A stretch of DNA of 64,000 nucleotides from the NCBI GenBank assembly GCA_964016885.1, contig CAXHJY010000964.1:62001-126000 (forward strand). Reading direction: 5' to 3'. The notes beneath the pieces are model-generated. The model saw only the letters and a list, made by a program, of their open reading frames with translations, ran no database searches and was not told the origin of the DNA. This document shows positions 1-11,478 of this stretch, piece by piece; the first letter of the stretch is position 1; the number at the start of each line of letters is the position of its first letter. This stretch comes from Eledone cirrhosa (Eukaryota). The translations under genes were made by a program, and so were the position numbers.

Positions 1-977
1 CCAGATATTTTGTTTTAGTCTCATTCATTCTCAGGCCCACACTCATCGACACAGTTTCCACCTCCTGCATCAAATCCTCTGCCTCCTTCACTATATTTGT
101 CACCAAACTATGTCGTCGGCAAATTCAGCATCTGATATCTTTTTCGCCTTAACTCTCCTGCTCTGAGCCGGTGCTACACTAAAGCCAGAGTCCTGGTGTT
201 TCTCCAGTGCAAGGCGCATATAATAGTCCACTATGATGATAAAAAGGTAGGGAGCCAATGTATCTCCCTGGAGCACTCCAGCCAGTATCTCAAAGAACTC
301 TGTCATCCCATCAGGTGTAATGACTTGGGTTTTGGTGTTGGTGTAGAGCAGTGATATCAGGTCCACTATCTACTTGGGGATTCCATAAGCCTGTAAGATC
401 TTCATCTAGTTGAGGACTTCCTGTATTTGGGAGAAAAGATTGGTAATACGGAAGATGATGTGGTTGAGAGGAAGAGCAAAGCCTGGGAGGCGTGCCACAG
501 CTTGAGATCGGTGTGGAAGTCGGACCTTCGTGAAGACCTGAAAATCCGCGCCTTCATTGCTGTAGTGGAGTCTGTGCTGCTGTACGGGTCTGAGACTTGG
601 ACACTGACCAAGAAACTCACTCAGATGGTGGATGGGTGCTACACGAGAATGGTGAGGATGGCTCTGAACATTAATCAGTATACACTGAGGATGAAAAACT
701 CAGAGCTGTATGGGAGCCTCCCAAAAGTCAGCTCAAAAGTGACACAGATGAGACTGGGGTTAGCTGGAGATGCTCACCAGAGTTGACATTGCACTCAGTG
801 CTCCTGTGGGAGCCCCTACATGGGCACACTGGAAGAGGAAGACCAAGGTTAACGTATGTTGATGCCCTAAGGACAAACACTGGTCTGTTGGAGACGCAGG
901 ACATGGTAGCGATAATGAGGGACAGAGACCGCTGGAGAAAACTGGTCCATGGATCTCGAGAATTTTACCCACCCTAG
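1..977. mobile_element. Decayed RTE-clade LINE with a 5' inversion (minus-strand RT segment 1-~403 joined to plus-strand C-terminal segment ~404-977)
   Basis: Minus strand encodes GVLQGDTLAPYLF...FADDI...GLRMNETKTKYL. Plus strand encodes EDFLYLG...ESVLLYGSETWTLTK...RGRPRLTYVD...DRDRWRKLV. Ends at a (TA)n run. Confidence 0.85.
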
Positions 978-1089
978 AATATATATATATATAACAAATT
1001 ATTAAAGATTGGAAAAACCATAGACATGTATGTCTGCACACACGCCTGGTCATACATATGTACATATGGACACATATACATATATATGC

Positions 1090-1600
1090 GATGTACCGGA
1101 TACCTCTGCAAAATGGAGGACCATCGAATCCCGAAACAACTTTTGTATGACGATCTTTGTAAAGGTAAGAGACCACCTCACAAGCCAAAGCTCCAAAGAT
1201 TGTGTAAAGGACGCATTGAAAAGAACTGGTTTGATGGTAGCTGACTGGGAGATAGAAGCTTTTGAAAAGAAACTTAGCGTGGAATGGTGGATGATTATTT
1301 TGAGAACAGACGCATAGAGCACGAGAAGTTCAAACGGGATGTGCGTAAGCAATGCCCTGGTGTATCTCTCGAAATGAACGGTGTCTCAATTGAATATGTG
1401 TGTCCTGAGTGTGGAAAGATTTGCAAATCTGGTCTCAGGAGTCACAGTCGCAGCCAAGTTCAGAGAGAACCAGTGAACTATGATCTCCACGGTATTATGA
1501 AGGTTCACAGGCAACTTGATGCAAGACCTGGGACCAAGGAGATCCGTAGTTGTCGTCAATGTGCGAAAGAGTGCAAGTCTCTAGCAGGCTCGAAAAGCCG
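1090..1600 (+). pseudogene. Degenerate 3' fragment of an RTE LINE related to the intact element at 41-45 kb
   Basis: MEDHRIPKQLLYDDLCKGKRPPHKPK, HEKFKRDVRK, CPECGKICKS and CRQCAKECKSLAG align by eye with the C-terminus of ORF 41382-44927; frameshifted. Confidence 0.85.
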
Positions 1601-1664
1601 TAACCGAGTGTCGCGCATCTGAATCTGACAAACGATTGCAATACTCTCATCATATATATATACA

Positions 1665-2058
1665 CGAGGGTAATCCAAAAAGTAAGGTCTCCAAAGCGAT
1701 GGGGACACAGAGAAACTGTTCGTACGGTTGTTGGCAACACTGTTGTGATTGGTGCTTCCTTCACTCCCAAACAAACATGCGCGCGCTTCGTTGGGATGCT
1801 CAATCTTGGCTTGGCAGCCGTTGAGAATGGAGCTCCCGTTGAACGCTACCGCCAAGTGCGAATTTCGTGCAGTTATTATATACGAGGGCAATCCCAAAAG
1901 TAAGGTCTCTTTCCGAGGAAAACATGCGTAAAAATCGGCGGATCATTCTGGATGCTCTCTGCATTTTGGATCCTGACGTTTCCCGAAGCACCATCCACAG
2001 GATTTTAACGGAAAAATTGCAATATCGGAAGGAGACCTTACTTTTGGGATTGCCCTTG
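1665..2058 (+). mobile_element. Internally deleted mariner-family DNA transposon with two left TIRs and one right TIR
   Basis: TIR CGAGGG(T/C)AATCC(A/C)AAAAGTAAGGTCTC at 1665 and 1883; reverse complement at 2031-2058 followed by TA. Transposase remnants MELPLNATAKCEFRAVI and NRRIILDAL...VSRSTIHRILTEKLQYRK. Confidence 0.85.
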
Positions 2059-2169
2059 TATATATATATATATGTGTGGGGGGAGCTGCAAACTCACGGT
2101 GAAAGTATTGCAATCGGTTGTCAGATTCAGATGGGTCACACTCGGTTACGGCACAGAACGGAAGAGATC

Positions 2170-2640
2170 AGAGGCAATAACAAAATCAATTATTCATCTC
2201 TGTCCCGGATTCTCCTTATACCATCTATATTCATGGATGTCTCTGTGCTGGAAGATGTTCATAATAGAGAGTCCATTACTAGAACAGAAGTCCAATAAGA
2301 CCCCTCTATCACTCCAATCACTCTTTTCCTTGTAAGGTGGTCAAGACCAGCATGTGCATTGATCTCTCCCATTAGAATATATGACTTCATCTTAACTACA
2401 CTAACGCTGTAGCGATTTCATCAAGAAAGGACTTGTATTCGGACACGCTTTTTGACGTATGAACTTGAACCACCCATAGAGACCTTTCTTTCAGCCTAAG
2501 CTTCAAGAGGCAAAGCCTCCCTCCCAATGAGATCCAATTCATAACACATTCTGGCAGCCAGAGTCGTGTGAATATCCCCACTCCTGCCTATGTAGTCAAT
2601 TCTGGCGCCACACCTGAATGGTGAAGTTTCCATCCTCCAT
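2170..2640 (-). pseudogene. Decayed LINE AP-endonuclease fragment
   Basis: LGGRLCLLKLRLKERSLWVVQVHT...EYKSFLDE resembles the APE region of RTE-type elements; stops present. Confidence 0.5.
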
Positions 2641-2739
2641 CCAAATCTAAAGTTTCCATCCTCCATCCAAATGTACTATATCAGAGACACTTGTCCTGTC
2701 AAGGAAACCTGTGCAGTGCACTCAACATGTGAGTGGAGT

Positions 2740-3280
2740 TCCACTGAAGCAGTTGAAGAAGTTCAAGTATTTGGGAGGTGTGTTCACGAGTGATGGAAGG
2801 CAGGAGTCTGAATTAAGTTCAAGAATTGATGGAGCTGGTGCAGTAATGTGCCAGGGTCGCTATCTTTAATTGGGTATTCGCGCCAATCCTTACCTATGGT
2901 CATGAGTCTTGAGTAGTGATCGAAAGAATACCATCGAAATAGGTTCCTCTGAAGGATCTTTGGAGTAACGTTACTTGATAAAATGTGTAACTTGAAAATC
3001 AGAGAGTTGCTTCAGGGAGAGCCACTACTTCTCTGAATTGAGAGATCACTGCTCCGATACTACGGAGAACACCTAATGAAAAAAAATCGCTGGATTGATT
3101 TTATGGGCAAAACCAACCGACAGGTAGACCCTGAGCAAAATGGTTGGATAGCATCTATGAGCTCAACTGGTCTGGTCTCGCTTGGAAATCCACCCGGATT
3201 AATTGGAGACAGTTGCTTCTGATAGGAGCCGCTGGAAGGCCTGCTTGAGGACTCTGTCCCCACAACCCTAGAAGAGTGTC
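2740..3280 (+). pseudogene. Decayed RTE-type LINE 3' fragment
   Basis: KFKYLGGVFTSDGRQESELSSRIDGAGAVM followed by PILTYGHES, typical post-RT motifs; heavily frameshifted. Confidence 0.7.
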
Positions 3281-3679
3281 TATAAGTGTGCGTATATTCA
3301 ATTATTCTAATGCGTATATATAACAATGCGTATATTTACTTATTTTTATGTGTATGTATAAGAGTGCGTATATTTACTTATTCTTATGTGTGTGTATAAG
3401 AGTGCGTGTATAAAGCGTACGTATATATAATTATTCTTATGTATGTGTATGACAGTACGTATTTATATGCGTATGTATAAGTGTATAACGGCTTGATAAG
3501 TTGTTTCCACTAGAAAGTTATCAAGTGTAGTCAGCAGAAGATTTCTTGGCACACTTTCGCTTGTGCAGTCATAACTTACTCTTGATAATTATATCATTGG
3601 AGAATTAATAAGTTCATACATTTTCTTTTCTTTTCTTAAATTACATGTAAATCACAATCTCATTATCTTATTTTCTTTT

Positions 3680-3835
<156 letters not shown>

Positions 3836-4040
3836 CTCATCCATGTTTTTTTCTATATTCCTTCCCATTCTTTCTTTCTCTCTTTAATGCCATTATTATT
3901 ATTTGCCCTAATGGCCTATACAGGCTGTAAATGTTAAACTGCCATGTTTTAATCGTGACAACCATAAACAATTTGTTTTTAAATGATAACAGCACGCGAC
4001 TCTGACCCGGAGGTCTTGTCACTTAAAGAATCTATTACTA

Positions 4041-4072
<32 letters not shown>

Positions 4073-4093
4073 ACTACTACTATTATTATTATT

Positions 4094-4265
4094 TGGCAGA
4101 ATCATAACTGTATCTAGTTACGACCTGCGTTCAAAATCTGCCACAGTTGGCTTTGCCATTACGGGGTCGATAAAATAAAGTACCAGTCGATTTGATCGAC
4201 TTTCCCCTCCCCCAATAATTGTTGGCCTTGTGCCTAAATCAGAAACCATTATTATTATTATTATT
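4094..4265 (+). mobile_element. SINE-like interspersed repeat with (ATT)n tail
   Basis: Motifs ctttgcc...ggggtcgataaaataaagtaccagtc...aattg(c/t)tggc...aaatcagaaacc recur at ~10337-10566, ~12120-12247, ~13480-13660 and ~14800-14880. Confidence 0.7.
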
Positions 4266-4480
4266 GAATGCCATGGTTGACGGAGGCTCGGCTCTGTAAG
4301 GTATAGTAATTTTTAACCGTTAAAACAATTGTAAATTGTTTAAAACTTGAACCAAATTGTTGATAAAGACACCCTCCTCCTCGTGAGAGGGGTCTTTCTG
4401 TCCGTTATTTGGCCCTTCGGGGTTAAATAACCAGTTATTGGGGTTTTGTACCCAAAATTTCATTTTAAACAAAAAACAAC

Positions 4481-6569
4481 ATGGCTACGAAAAAGAAATT
4501 TCATACGTCACTCCCACTCATTCCGTCTTCTTCTTCCTCAATCATCACTACAGCAGAGAGAAGATTGTCTCTCTCCCTCCCTTCTTTAAATGTGTCTCTC
4601 TCCCTCCCTTCTCTTTCGCAAGTAACGAAAGAAAAGAAAAGTCTCGTGCAAAGCGTGCAAGGTTTCTCCACGACGACGACGACAGCGACGAAACAGGTGT
4701 GCGGGAAATACGAAAACCCAGTTCATTCCACTGACGTCAGGAATAATAGCAGTAGCAGCCGTAATAACAACAGCAACAGTGACAATGAAAACAACAGTAG
4801 CAGCCGCAACAGCATCACCAGCAGCATTAACAACAACAGCATTAGCAGCAGCAACACCAACAACAACCACAGCAACAGCGGCGGAGGCAGTAGTCGTAGT
4901 ACCTGCAGCAACAACAAAAGTACCAGCAGCTCTGACGACAACAACAACAGCAGAGAAAAACCAATCTCATTTGCAGGTATTGCGAAAAACTTGTATAACA
5001 AATGAGGAATTAGAGGAAGCGAAGAAGATGGTGACAAAGAACGGACACCGAGCAATCTGCAAGGCAGCGGAAAAATTTTTCGAAACCCAAGAGCACTGTA
5101 CGGTCACGTACCGTACAGTAAGTACAAAATCCCGTAGGGTGGAAAGAGCCACAGAGGCCCAAATACAAAAAGCCTTGGGGTCTGTGTGGCAGCGGAAAAC
5201 GCACATCACCCGAGGCAAAAAATATGCCACCGTAGACGTACTTTTTGCCACACCCCAGGAGGCAAAGGCCCAATCAGTAGTGACCCTAAGGAGCGAGGAA
5301 ATGGTGTTGGTGCCCTCCTACTGCGGGCAAAAAATTGTGAGGGTCAAACTGACCCACGTCCCCCCCGGAATGACCCCTTCTTGGCTGGCCGCGTCTGTCC
5401 TCGTCGGAATCGAGGACAAAACAACTGTACTGCAAGTACAGAAAAAAGTAAGAGAAGATTGGGTCGGCTCCTCCATTGAGATGCTAATCCAAACCAACCA
5501 CCAGGAGTGCATCGAAGCTATCCCGGATGTGATAGACTTCGATAACGGCACTCAACTGCCCATAAGTGTTGAGGGCAAACGCCCGAAATTCTTTCGCTGT
5601 GGATCGAAGACTCACCTCAGGGCCTTCTGCAACGAGAAGACCCTGAGAAAGGAGAAAACCCCCCTCCTTCCGAATCCGGCTCCACGGCTACCAGCAACAG
5701 GACAAGCGGCAACCAGGAACGATAGGTCCGTGGCACCCATACCCACTCCACGGAAATCAAAAACAGCAGCAGCAGTGGAAATATTAACAACAACAACAGC
5801 AATACCAAATGCAGCTGCAACAGAGACTCCAGTGCAAACATCACCAACAACAACAAGTGAAAGAGTGGAGCTGGTACCCCTCCCCGACCTCACAGAATCA
5901 GACATGGAGTGTGAGGTGGGAGAGGGATGGCAAAAGGTCGCAAGAAGGCACAAACGCAGAAGCATCGCATCGTCGCCTTTGAAAAGGGAGGAAAGAAATG
6001 AGAAAAGGGTAAATTCTACTGCAAAGAGACCCACAGCAGCAACACCACCAACACCATCACCACCCACACCAGCACCACTATCACCACCGGCGACAACCCC
6101 ACCGCCAACAACACCTTCAACACCACCACCACAAGCACCAACATCGCAAACACAACAACAAAACACACACACCCAGCAACAACGACAAGAAAATAGCAGA
6201 ACCACACCCCACCCCCAGAAAAACAAATGCACGGCAATAAACACACACAACAAGAAACTAATGACTTACATAATTGAACACACAGACATTTCACAACAGG
6301 ACTACATAATACCAGCACCAATCAAAACGCCAACTAACATAAGACTGCTAAAAATAGCACAGAAACAATACACAAACATTAAAACGAAATTCCCCAACGC
6401 AGTTGGTGATTTCAGGGACCTAGGAGGAACCATCAATCGAAGAGTATATTCAGACATTCTCTTAGAAGAGCCGACGACCAGCCGAAGGGACGATTCAACG
6501 GTCCCTTCACCAGACGATCAAGTGAAAAGGGATGTAAAAACCATCCCTCCTCTACCAAAAGTACGGTAA
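4481..6569 (+). CDS. LINE ORF1 (nucleic-acid-binding, gag-like); probably one ORF from ATG 4481 with a +1 frameshift near 4985-4989
   Basis: ORF 4481-5005 ends ...ISFAGIAK; the overlapping frame 4779-6569 continues KTCITNEELEE. Degenerate knuckle FFRCGSKTHLRAFC; Pro/Thr-rich tail. Confidence 0.75.
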
Positions 6570-6604
6570 GTGGTCTTTCCCATCTTTTCCACTCTATTTT
6601 AAAC

Positions 6605-9600
6605 ATGACCTCACTCAGAATAGGCAGCATAAATGCGCGTGGCTTGGGGTCGTCATGGAAGCAGGGTCACCTGCTCAACGACCTCAGGTCACTAAACATA
6701 GATGTAGTGGCCATCAGCGAAACCAGAATCTCCGAAGCACGGGCCTTCGCACCGATCTTCGGCGGCTACGATGTGTACGCATCTCCCAGCCGTCCTGGAT
6801 CGGGTGGAGGAGTTGCTGTGCTTTTTCGGAGAGGTTTGGATCTCGCCATACGGGCCATCTTCCTGGACCCAGAGGGTAAGCTGGTGGTGCTGGACGTGAC
6901 CAGCGGAGACGGGCAAGCTTTCAGGCTAGTGGCCGTCTATGCCCCGACAGGAGCAGGGCGGCCTGATTTCTTCCGGCGTCTGGAGACCTTTCTTGGAAGG
7001 TCCCGCTCTTTAGTGTTAGTGGGCGACTGGAACGGGATCTTAGATGCACGCTGGGACTGTGTGGGATTAGCGGATAGGGGTGGAGGGTGCAAGAGCCTCA
7101 CCAACCTGCTCAGGCGTTTTGAACTGTCTGACAGGTACCGATTGGATTTCCCGAATGTGCCAATGTGGACTTGGACAAACCGCATAGGGTCATCCAGATC
7201 ATATCTAGATAGAGTATTTTGTAGGGAAATAGATAGGTCTAGCATAGGCTGTCCACAATTCAAGATAGTCAGCTACACGGACCACAAATTCGTGACCTGT
7301 GTGCTTGACTTAGATAGGCTTCATAGACGAGGACCCGGCTACTGGAAGCTAAACGCGTCCTTACCAGCGCGCAAGGCCTACAGAGACCGGATTAGCGAAC
7401 TAGTTAAGCGGGCGTTGACGGGGGCCATCGTCAACAACAAGTGGTGGTTTGCTCTGAAAAGAGCGATTAGAATAGAATCGATTAGGTTTAGTAAGGCTTT
7501 AGCAATAGAGAAAAATAGAGCAGAGGGAGAACTAGTTAGAAAATTAGACGAGGCGCTTAGCAAAGGCATTGCGACCGACGTGCTTGCGGCGAAATTGGCC
7601 CTTGACCAATTCTTCAATGCAAAGCACGAAGGCTGCGTTGTCAGAGCTAGGGTGCGTGCTCTCAGACACGAGGGGACGAAAGCCGTTCAATGGGCCCGAG
7701 TGGCAGAGGCGCGTCGTGGCAACAAAGCCACGATCCGGTCTTTGGTGGACCACGACGGGCGCATGCTACTCGATCCCGGGCAAATGTGTGAAGCTTTTCA
7801 GCGACACTTCGCTCAGCTGTTCGGGGGCAGCGGGGGGCCGGGTAGAGGGATGGACTTTAGTGTCTACCTCGACGGACTGCCGCGGCTCTCGGCCACTGAG
7901 GCGAAGTGTTGCGAAAAGCCGATAACAGCCGCTGAAGTAAGGGAGGCAATGACTGGCTGCACAAGGGGTAAATCGCCTGGTTTGGATGGTCTGCCCTATA
8001 AACTTTACGTACAGATGCCAGACTTGTTCGGAGGCCTCTTGGCGGACGTCTACTGCAACTGGCAACAGAACGGGAGAATTCCCAGTTCTGTGAGCCGAGG
8101 AGCGGTGGCACTGCTGAGAAAGGATCCGAACAAGGGGGATAACATAGACAATTTCCGGCCCATAACTCTGCTAAACACAGAGTTCAAGATTTTGGCCAAG
8201 GTGCTAGCAAAGAGGTTGGCGCTTGTCGTTGGTGGTCTGGTGGGAGAGGCGCAGACATGCGCCATTCCCGACAGATCCATCCACGACAACCTCCACCTCA
8301 TGCGATACATCATAGAGAGGGTAGCTAAGGAACCTGGCACGGGTGGGTCCTTGATCAATTTAGATCAGTCGAAAGCTTTCGATAGGGTCGACCATCGTTA
8401 CCTAGCGGCAGTCCTGAGGGCGGCTGGCTTTGGGCCCGTCTTCAGAGGCTGGATCGCTGCCATGCACAGCGACATCTGCTCTGTGGTGAGAGTGAACGGT
8501 CACCTGTCGGAACCGTTCAACATCATGCGCTCGGTCCGCCAAGGATGTCCCCTCTCGTCCCTCTTGTACGTATTGACTCTCGAGCCATTACTGCACAAAC
8601 TGGAGACGTTGAGGGGAGTCCCGCGCGAACTAGGATGCGGAAGATCCGTGTCAGCATATGCGGACGATGTCACCGTAGTGGTGTCGAACGCCAAACACAT
8701 CGAGGCGATCGGCACTACACTAAGAGAATACGAAGCGGTGACAGGAGCAATGATCAATCAGGAAAAGTCGGTGGGCCTGCAGCTCGGCACCTGGAGAGGC
8801 AGGTCCATGCCGTCCAACAGCGTCGTCGGGCGCTGGACGGACGGACCGGTTAAATTGCTAGGGGTCTGGTTCGGTCCGGACCTCCAGACGGACAAAAACT
8901 GGGACGAGGTGACGAGCAGGGTGGCTTCTCTCACCCAGAAATGGGCCGAGAGGAAGCTATCCCTGAAAGGTCGAGCGGAGGTGGCTAACGCGTACATCGC
9001 GTCTGTCATCTGCTACCGCCTAACCGTCGTACCTTGTCCTAAGCCTCGCCTGACTGCGCTGGAACGTTTGCTCTTTCGCTTTTTGTGGAAGGGACGTGCT
9101 CCGATGGTCAGGCGGTCCATCTGTTGTCAACACCCGCTACGTGGAGGGCTGGGCATGCCGTGGCTGATGATGCGCAGGCACGCGCTCAGGCTACGACATC
9201 TCCACCTTTTCCTCGACGGTGATCAGGTGTGGTCGCCGTTTGCTAGACGCGTTTTTCCCCAGCTCGTTTCCTTGACGGAGCTGCAGTCCTGGGTCAAGCG
9301 AAGACCGAGAGGGAGCGCCTGGAGACTGGAATGTCTTCAGGCGCTCACAGCCCTCGACCAATCGGGCAATGTGATAGGTGGAAACTCCACCTCGGCGTTC
9401 TATAGAGGATTAGTGGAGGGGAAGAGCGACGACGTACTTGGGGAAACTCTAGGCGTCGACGAAAATCAACTAGCCAATCTCTTCGGAAGAACTTTCGGGC
9501 CAGGGCCTATGGACAACTTCCAGAAATCTCTGGCCTGGCAGTGCTACCGAGGAGCCTTGCCAGTTCGGGATAAACTCTACATGCATGGAGGTGCCGTCAG

Positions 9601-10024
9601 CCGGGCATGTCCGAGATGCGCGCAGGGCGACGAAACCGTCCTGCACGCACTCGTCCAGTGTCCGAAAATTGCTGACTTGTGGGTTTATGTCGAACACCTG
9701 CTGTCGCGTTTAGGACGGATCCGGCTATCATCTGAGTCCATCGTGAGGATTGCCCCGCCCTCCTCCTTTAGCCGGGAAGGGCAGGCAGTTTTTATCTGTC
9801 TGGTGGCCATGGCGAAAGAGATAGTATGGTGGACACGTTTGAAAGGGCTGAAAACGAGCACTTACCTCTTCGGTGATGCTCTGATTGACTTTTTCAAATT
9901 TCATTTGAAAAGGAAAATCAGAGTAGAGAGGGAAGTGCTCTCTTCCCAGCATTTTGTTGAAAGATGGGTGAGAGAAGCAAGAATGGCCCGAGTGAATGGG
10001 CCTACTCTGAGTATATATCTGTAA
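6605..10024 (+). CDS. Tx1/L1 ORF2: AP endonuclease, reverse transcriptase, CCHC zinc finger (1139 aa, intact)
   Basis: SINARGL, ISETR, VYAP, VGDWN, TDH (APE); KSPGLDGLP, NFRPITLLN, LDQSKAFDRVDH, VRQGCPLS, AYADD (RT); CPRCAQGDETVLHALVQC. Confidence 0.97.
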   Translation: MTSLRIGSINARGLGSSWKQGHLLNDLRSLNIDVVAISETRISEARAFAPIFGGYDVYASPSRPGSGGGVAVLFRRGLDLAIRAIFLDPEGKLVVLDVTSGDGQAFRLVAVYAPTGAGRPDFFRRLETFLGRSRSLVLVGDWNGILDARWDCVGLADRGGGCKSLTNLLRRFELSDRYRLDFPNVPMWTWTNRIGSSRSYLDRVFCREIDRSSIGCPQFKIVSYTDHKFVTCVLDLDRLHRRGPGYWKLNASLPARKAYRDRISELVKRALTGAIVNNKWWFALKRAIRIESIRFSKALAIEKNRAEGELVRKLDEALSKGIATDVLAAKLALDQFFNAKHEGCVVRARVRALRHEGTKAVQWARVAEARRGNKATIRSLVDHDGRMLLDPGQMCEAFQRHFAQLFGGSGGPGRGMDFSVYLDGLPRLSATEAKCCEKPITAAEVREAMTGCTRGKSPGLDGLPYKLYVQMPDLFGGLLADVYCNWQQNGRIPSSVSRGAVALLRKDPNKGDNIDNFRPITLLNTEFKILAKVLAKRLALVVGGLVGEAQTCAIPDRSIHDNLHLMRYIIERVAKEPGTGGSLINLDQSKAFDRVDHRYLAAVLRAAGFGPVFRGWIAAMHSDICSVVRVNGHLSEPFNIMRSVRQGCPLSSLLYVLTLEPLLHKLETLRGVPRELGCGRSVSAYADDVTVVVSNAKHIEAIGTTLREYEAVTGAMINQEKSVGLQLGTWRGRSMPSNSVVGRWTDGPVKLLGVWFGPDLQTDKNWDEVTSRVASLTQKWAERKLSLKGRAEVANAYIASVICYRLTVVPCPKPRLTALERLLFRFLWKGRAPMVRRSICCQHPLRGGLGMPWLMMRRHALRLRHLHLFLDGDQVWSPFARRVFPQLVSLTELQSWVKRRPRGSAWRLECLQALTALDQSGNVIGGNSTSAFYRGLVEGKSDDVLGETLGVDENQLANLFGRTFGPGPMDNFQKSLAWQCYRGALPVRDKLYMHGGAVSRACPRCAQGDETVLHALVQCPKIADLWVYVEHLLSRLGRIRLSSESIVRIAPPSSFSREGQAVFICLVAMAKEIVWWTRLKGLKTSTYLFGDALIDFFKFHLKRKIRVEREVLSSQHFVERWVREARMARVNGPTLSIYL

Positions 10025-10283
10025 ATTAAAGGTGGAAAACTGGGAGAGGGCACTTGCCTTGGTGGTCAGGGTCATTGTGGCTTTTTACTGGGCTTTCTCC
10101 ACAAATGTCCCTCCGAAGTCTCCCCCCTATTGGGGAATTTTTCATTGTTATTTTTATTGTTATTTTTGTTACATCCTCTGTTTTTGTTTTTTACACGCAG
10201 AAATGCCCATTTGTACCGTCCTGCATTGTCCAGCACTGTCCTTAATGTCTACTTTATGTAAACCCTTGTGGTTAATAAAGAAA

Positions 10284-10336
<53 letters not shown>

Positions 10337-10566
10337 TGGCAAAATGAGGGCGGTTGATTGGCGGAGTCGTCAGAGCGTCAGACAATATCCTTTGTGGCAT
10401 AGAGTTATGGCCCTTTACGTAATAAGTTCAAATCCCGCCGGAGTTAACTTTGCCTTTCATCCTTATGGGGTCGTTAAAATAAAGCACTGGGGTCGATTTA
10501 ATCGACTTGCTCTCCTCCAAAATTGCTGGCTTTGTGTCTAAATCAGAAACCATTGTTGTTGTTGTT
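10337..10566 (+). mobile_element. SINE-like repeat, same family as 4094-4265
   Basis: B-box-like gttcaaatccc followed by aactttgcctttcatcc...ggggtcg...aaatcagaaacc and a (TTG)n tail. Confidence 0.7.
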
Positions 10567-10890
10567 TCATCCTTGAATAGTGTATAATATCTAGAGGGAA
10601 ATGCGTGTGGATTTGGGGTCTAATTTTGACATTTACATTAAAAGGAAACTGGAGGAAAAAATCTCAGTGACCTTTATTTGAAAAGTGTGAGCATAGAAAT
10701 TATTGTCAATATGGAGGATACGAGGCTCGAAATTATCTGAATATTTATGGCATTGTTTTTATTGCCAAGCCATTAGAGGTCGAGAGATGATTGAATAGCT
10801 AGACTACTGTGTTGGCTGTCGAAATATAACGTCGGAAAATTATATATTAGCCTTTGCTTTATGTGTTAACGGTCTTCAGATTGTCTAACT

Positions 10891-11183
10891 CAGGAGTCTC
10901 AAACTCAAGGACCATTACATTTTGAGGGAGAGGCACAGCAACCCAAAACTGGGGCGACGAAGACCTGATTTCCACCAGTTATGATGCTAATCTGTAATAG
11001 AGCTGATAGGCTACTATTGATTTATTCAGTTTTGAATACACGTATGATATGTAAGTTAGGTGAATTAGTACAAAGTGTAAGGGGATAATTTTTCCAAGTC
11101 AAATTTTCCATAATTAGCCACAAAAATTGTTTTGCCGCGGGCCATGGAAAATTAGTTTGCGGGCTGCGTGTTTGAGACCCCTG
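10891..11183. mobile_element. hAT (Charlie-like) MITE
   Basis: TIRs CAGGAGTCTCAAAC and GTTTGAGACCCCTG, with subterminal gcgggc motifs; no 8-bp TSD preserved. Confidence 0.7.
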
Positions 11184-11420
11184 TGTTATACAATAAAAGA
11201 AGGTGCTTTTTAAACAAACAACAAGCCCCCTTTTTACATACTTCTCAGAATAAGACGGAAGAACACCTAAATAATAATTTTAAAAAAAGAAACGTGGAGC
11301 AAAATAGAATATGTAGAAAACCTAAAATGCTAGACTTTTCAGCAAAATGTGTAAATGCATGATGAGAAAACAGATACTACAAATTCCCGCATAATGCATG
11401 AAGGTTGATAAGCCGGTGTG

Positions 11421-11478
<58 letters not shown>

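Larger units (their letters stand above)
4266..10285 (+). mobile_element. Full-length Tx1/L1-clade non-LTR retrotransposon inserted in (ATT)n
   Basis: 5' UTR, ORF1, ORF2 and a 3' UTR with AATAAA at 10274; (ATT)n on both flanks; GC content clearly above the surroundings. Confidence 0.92.
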
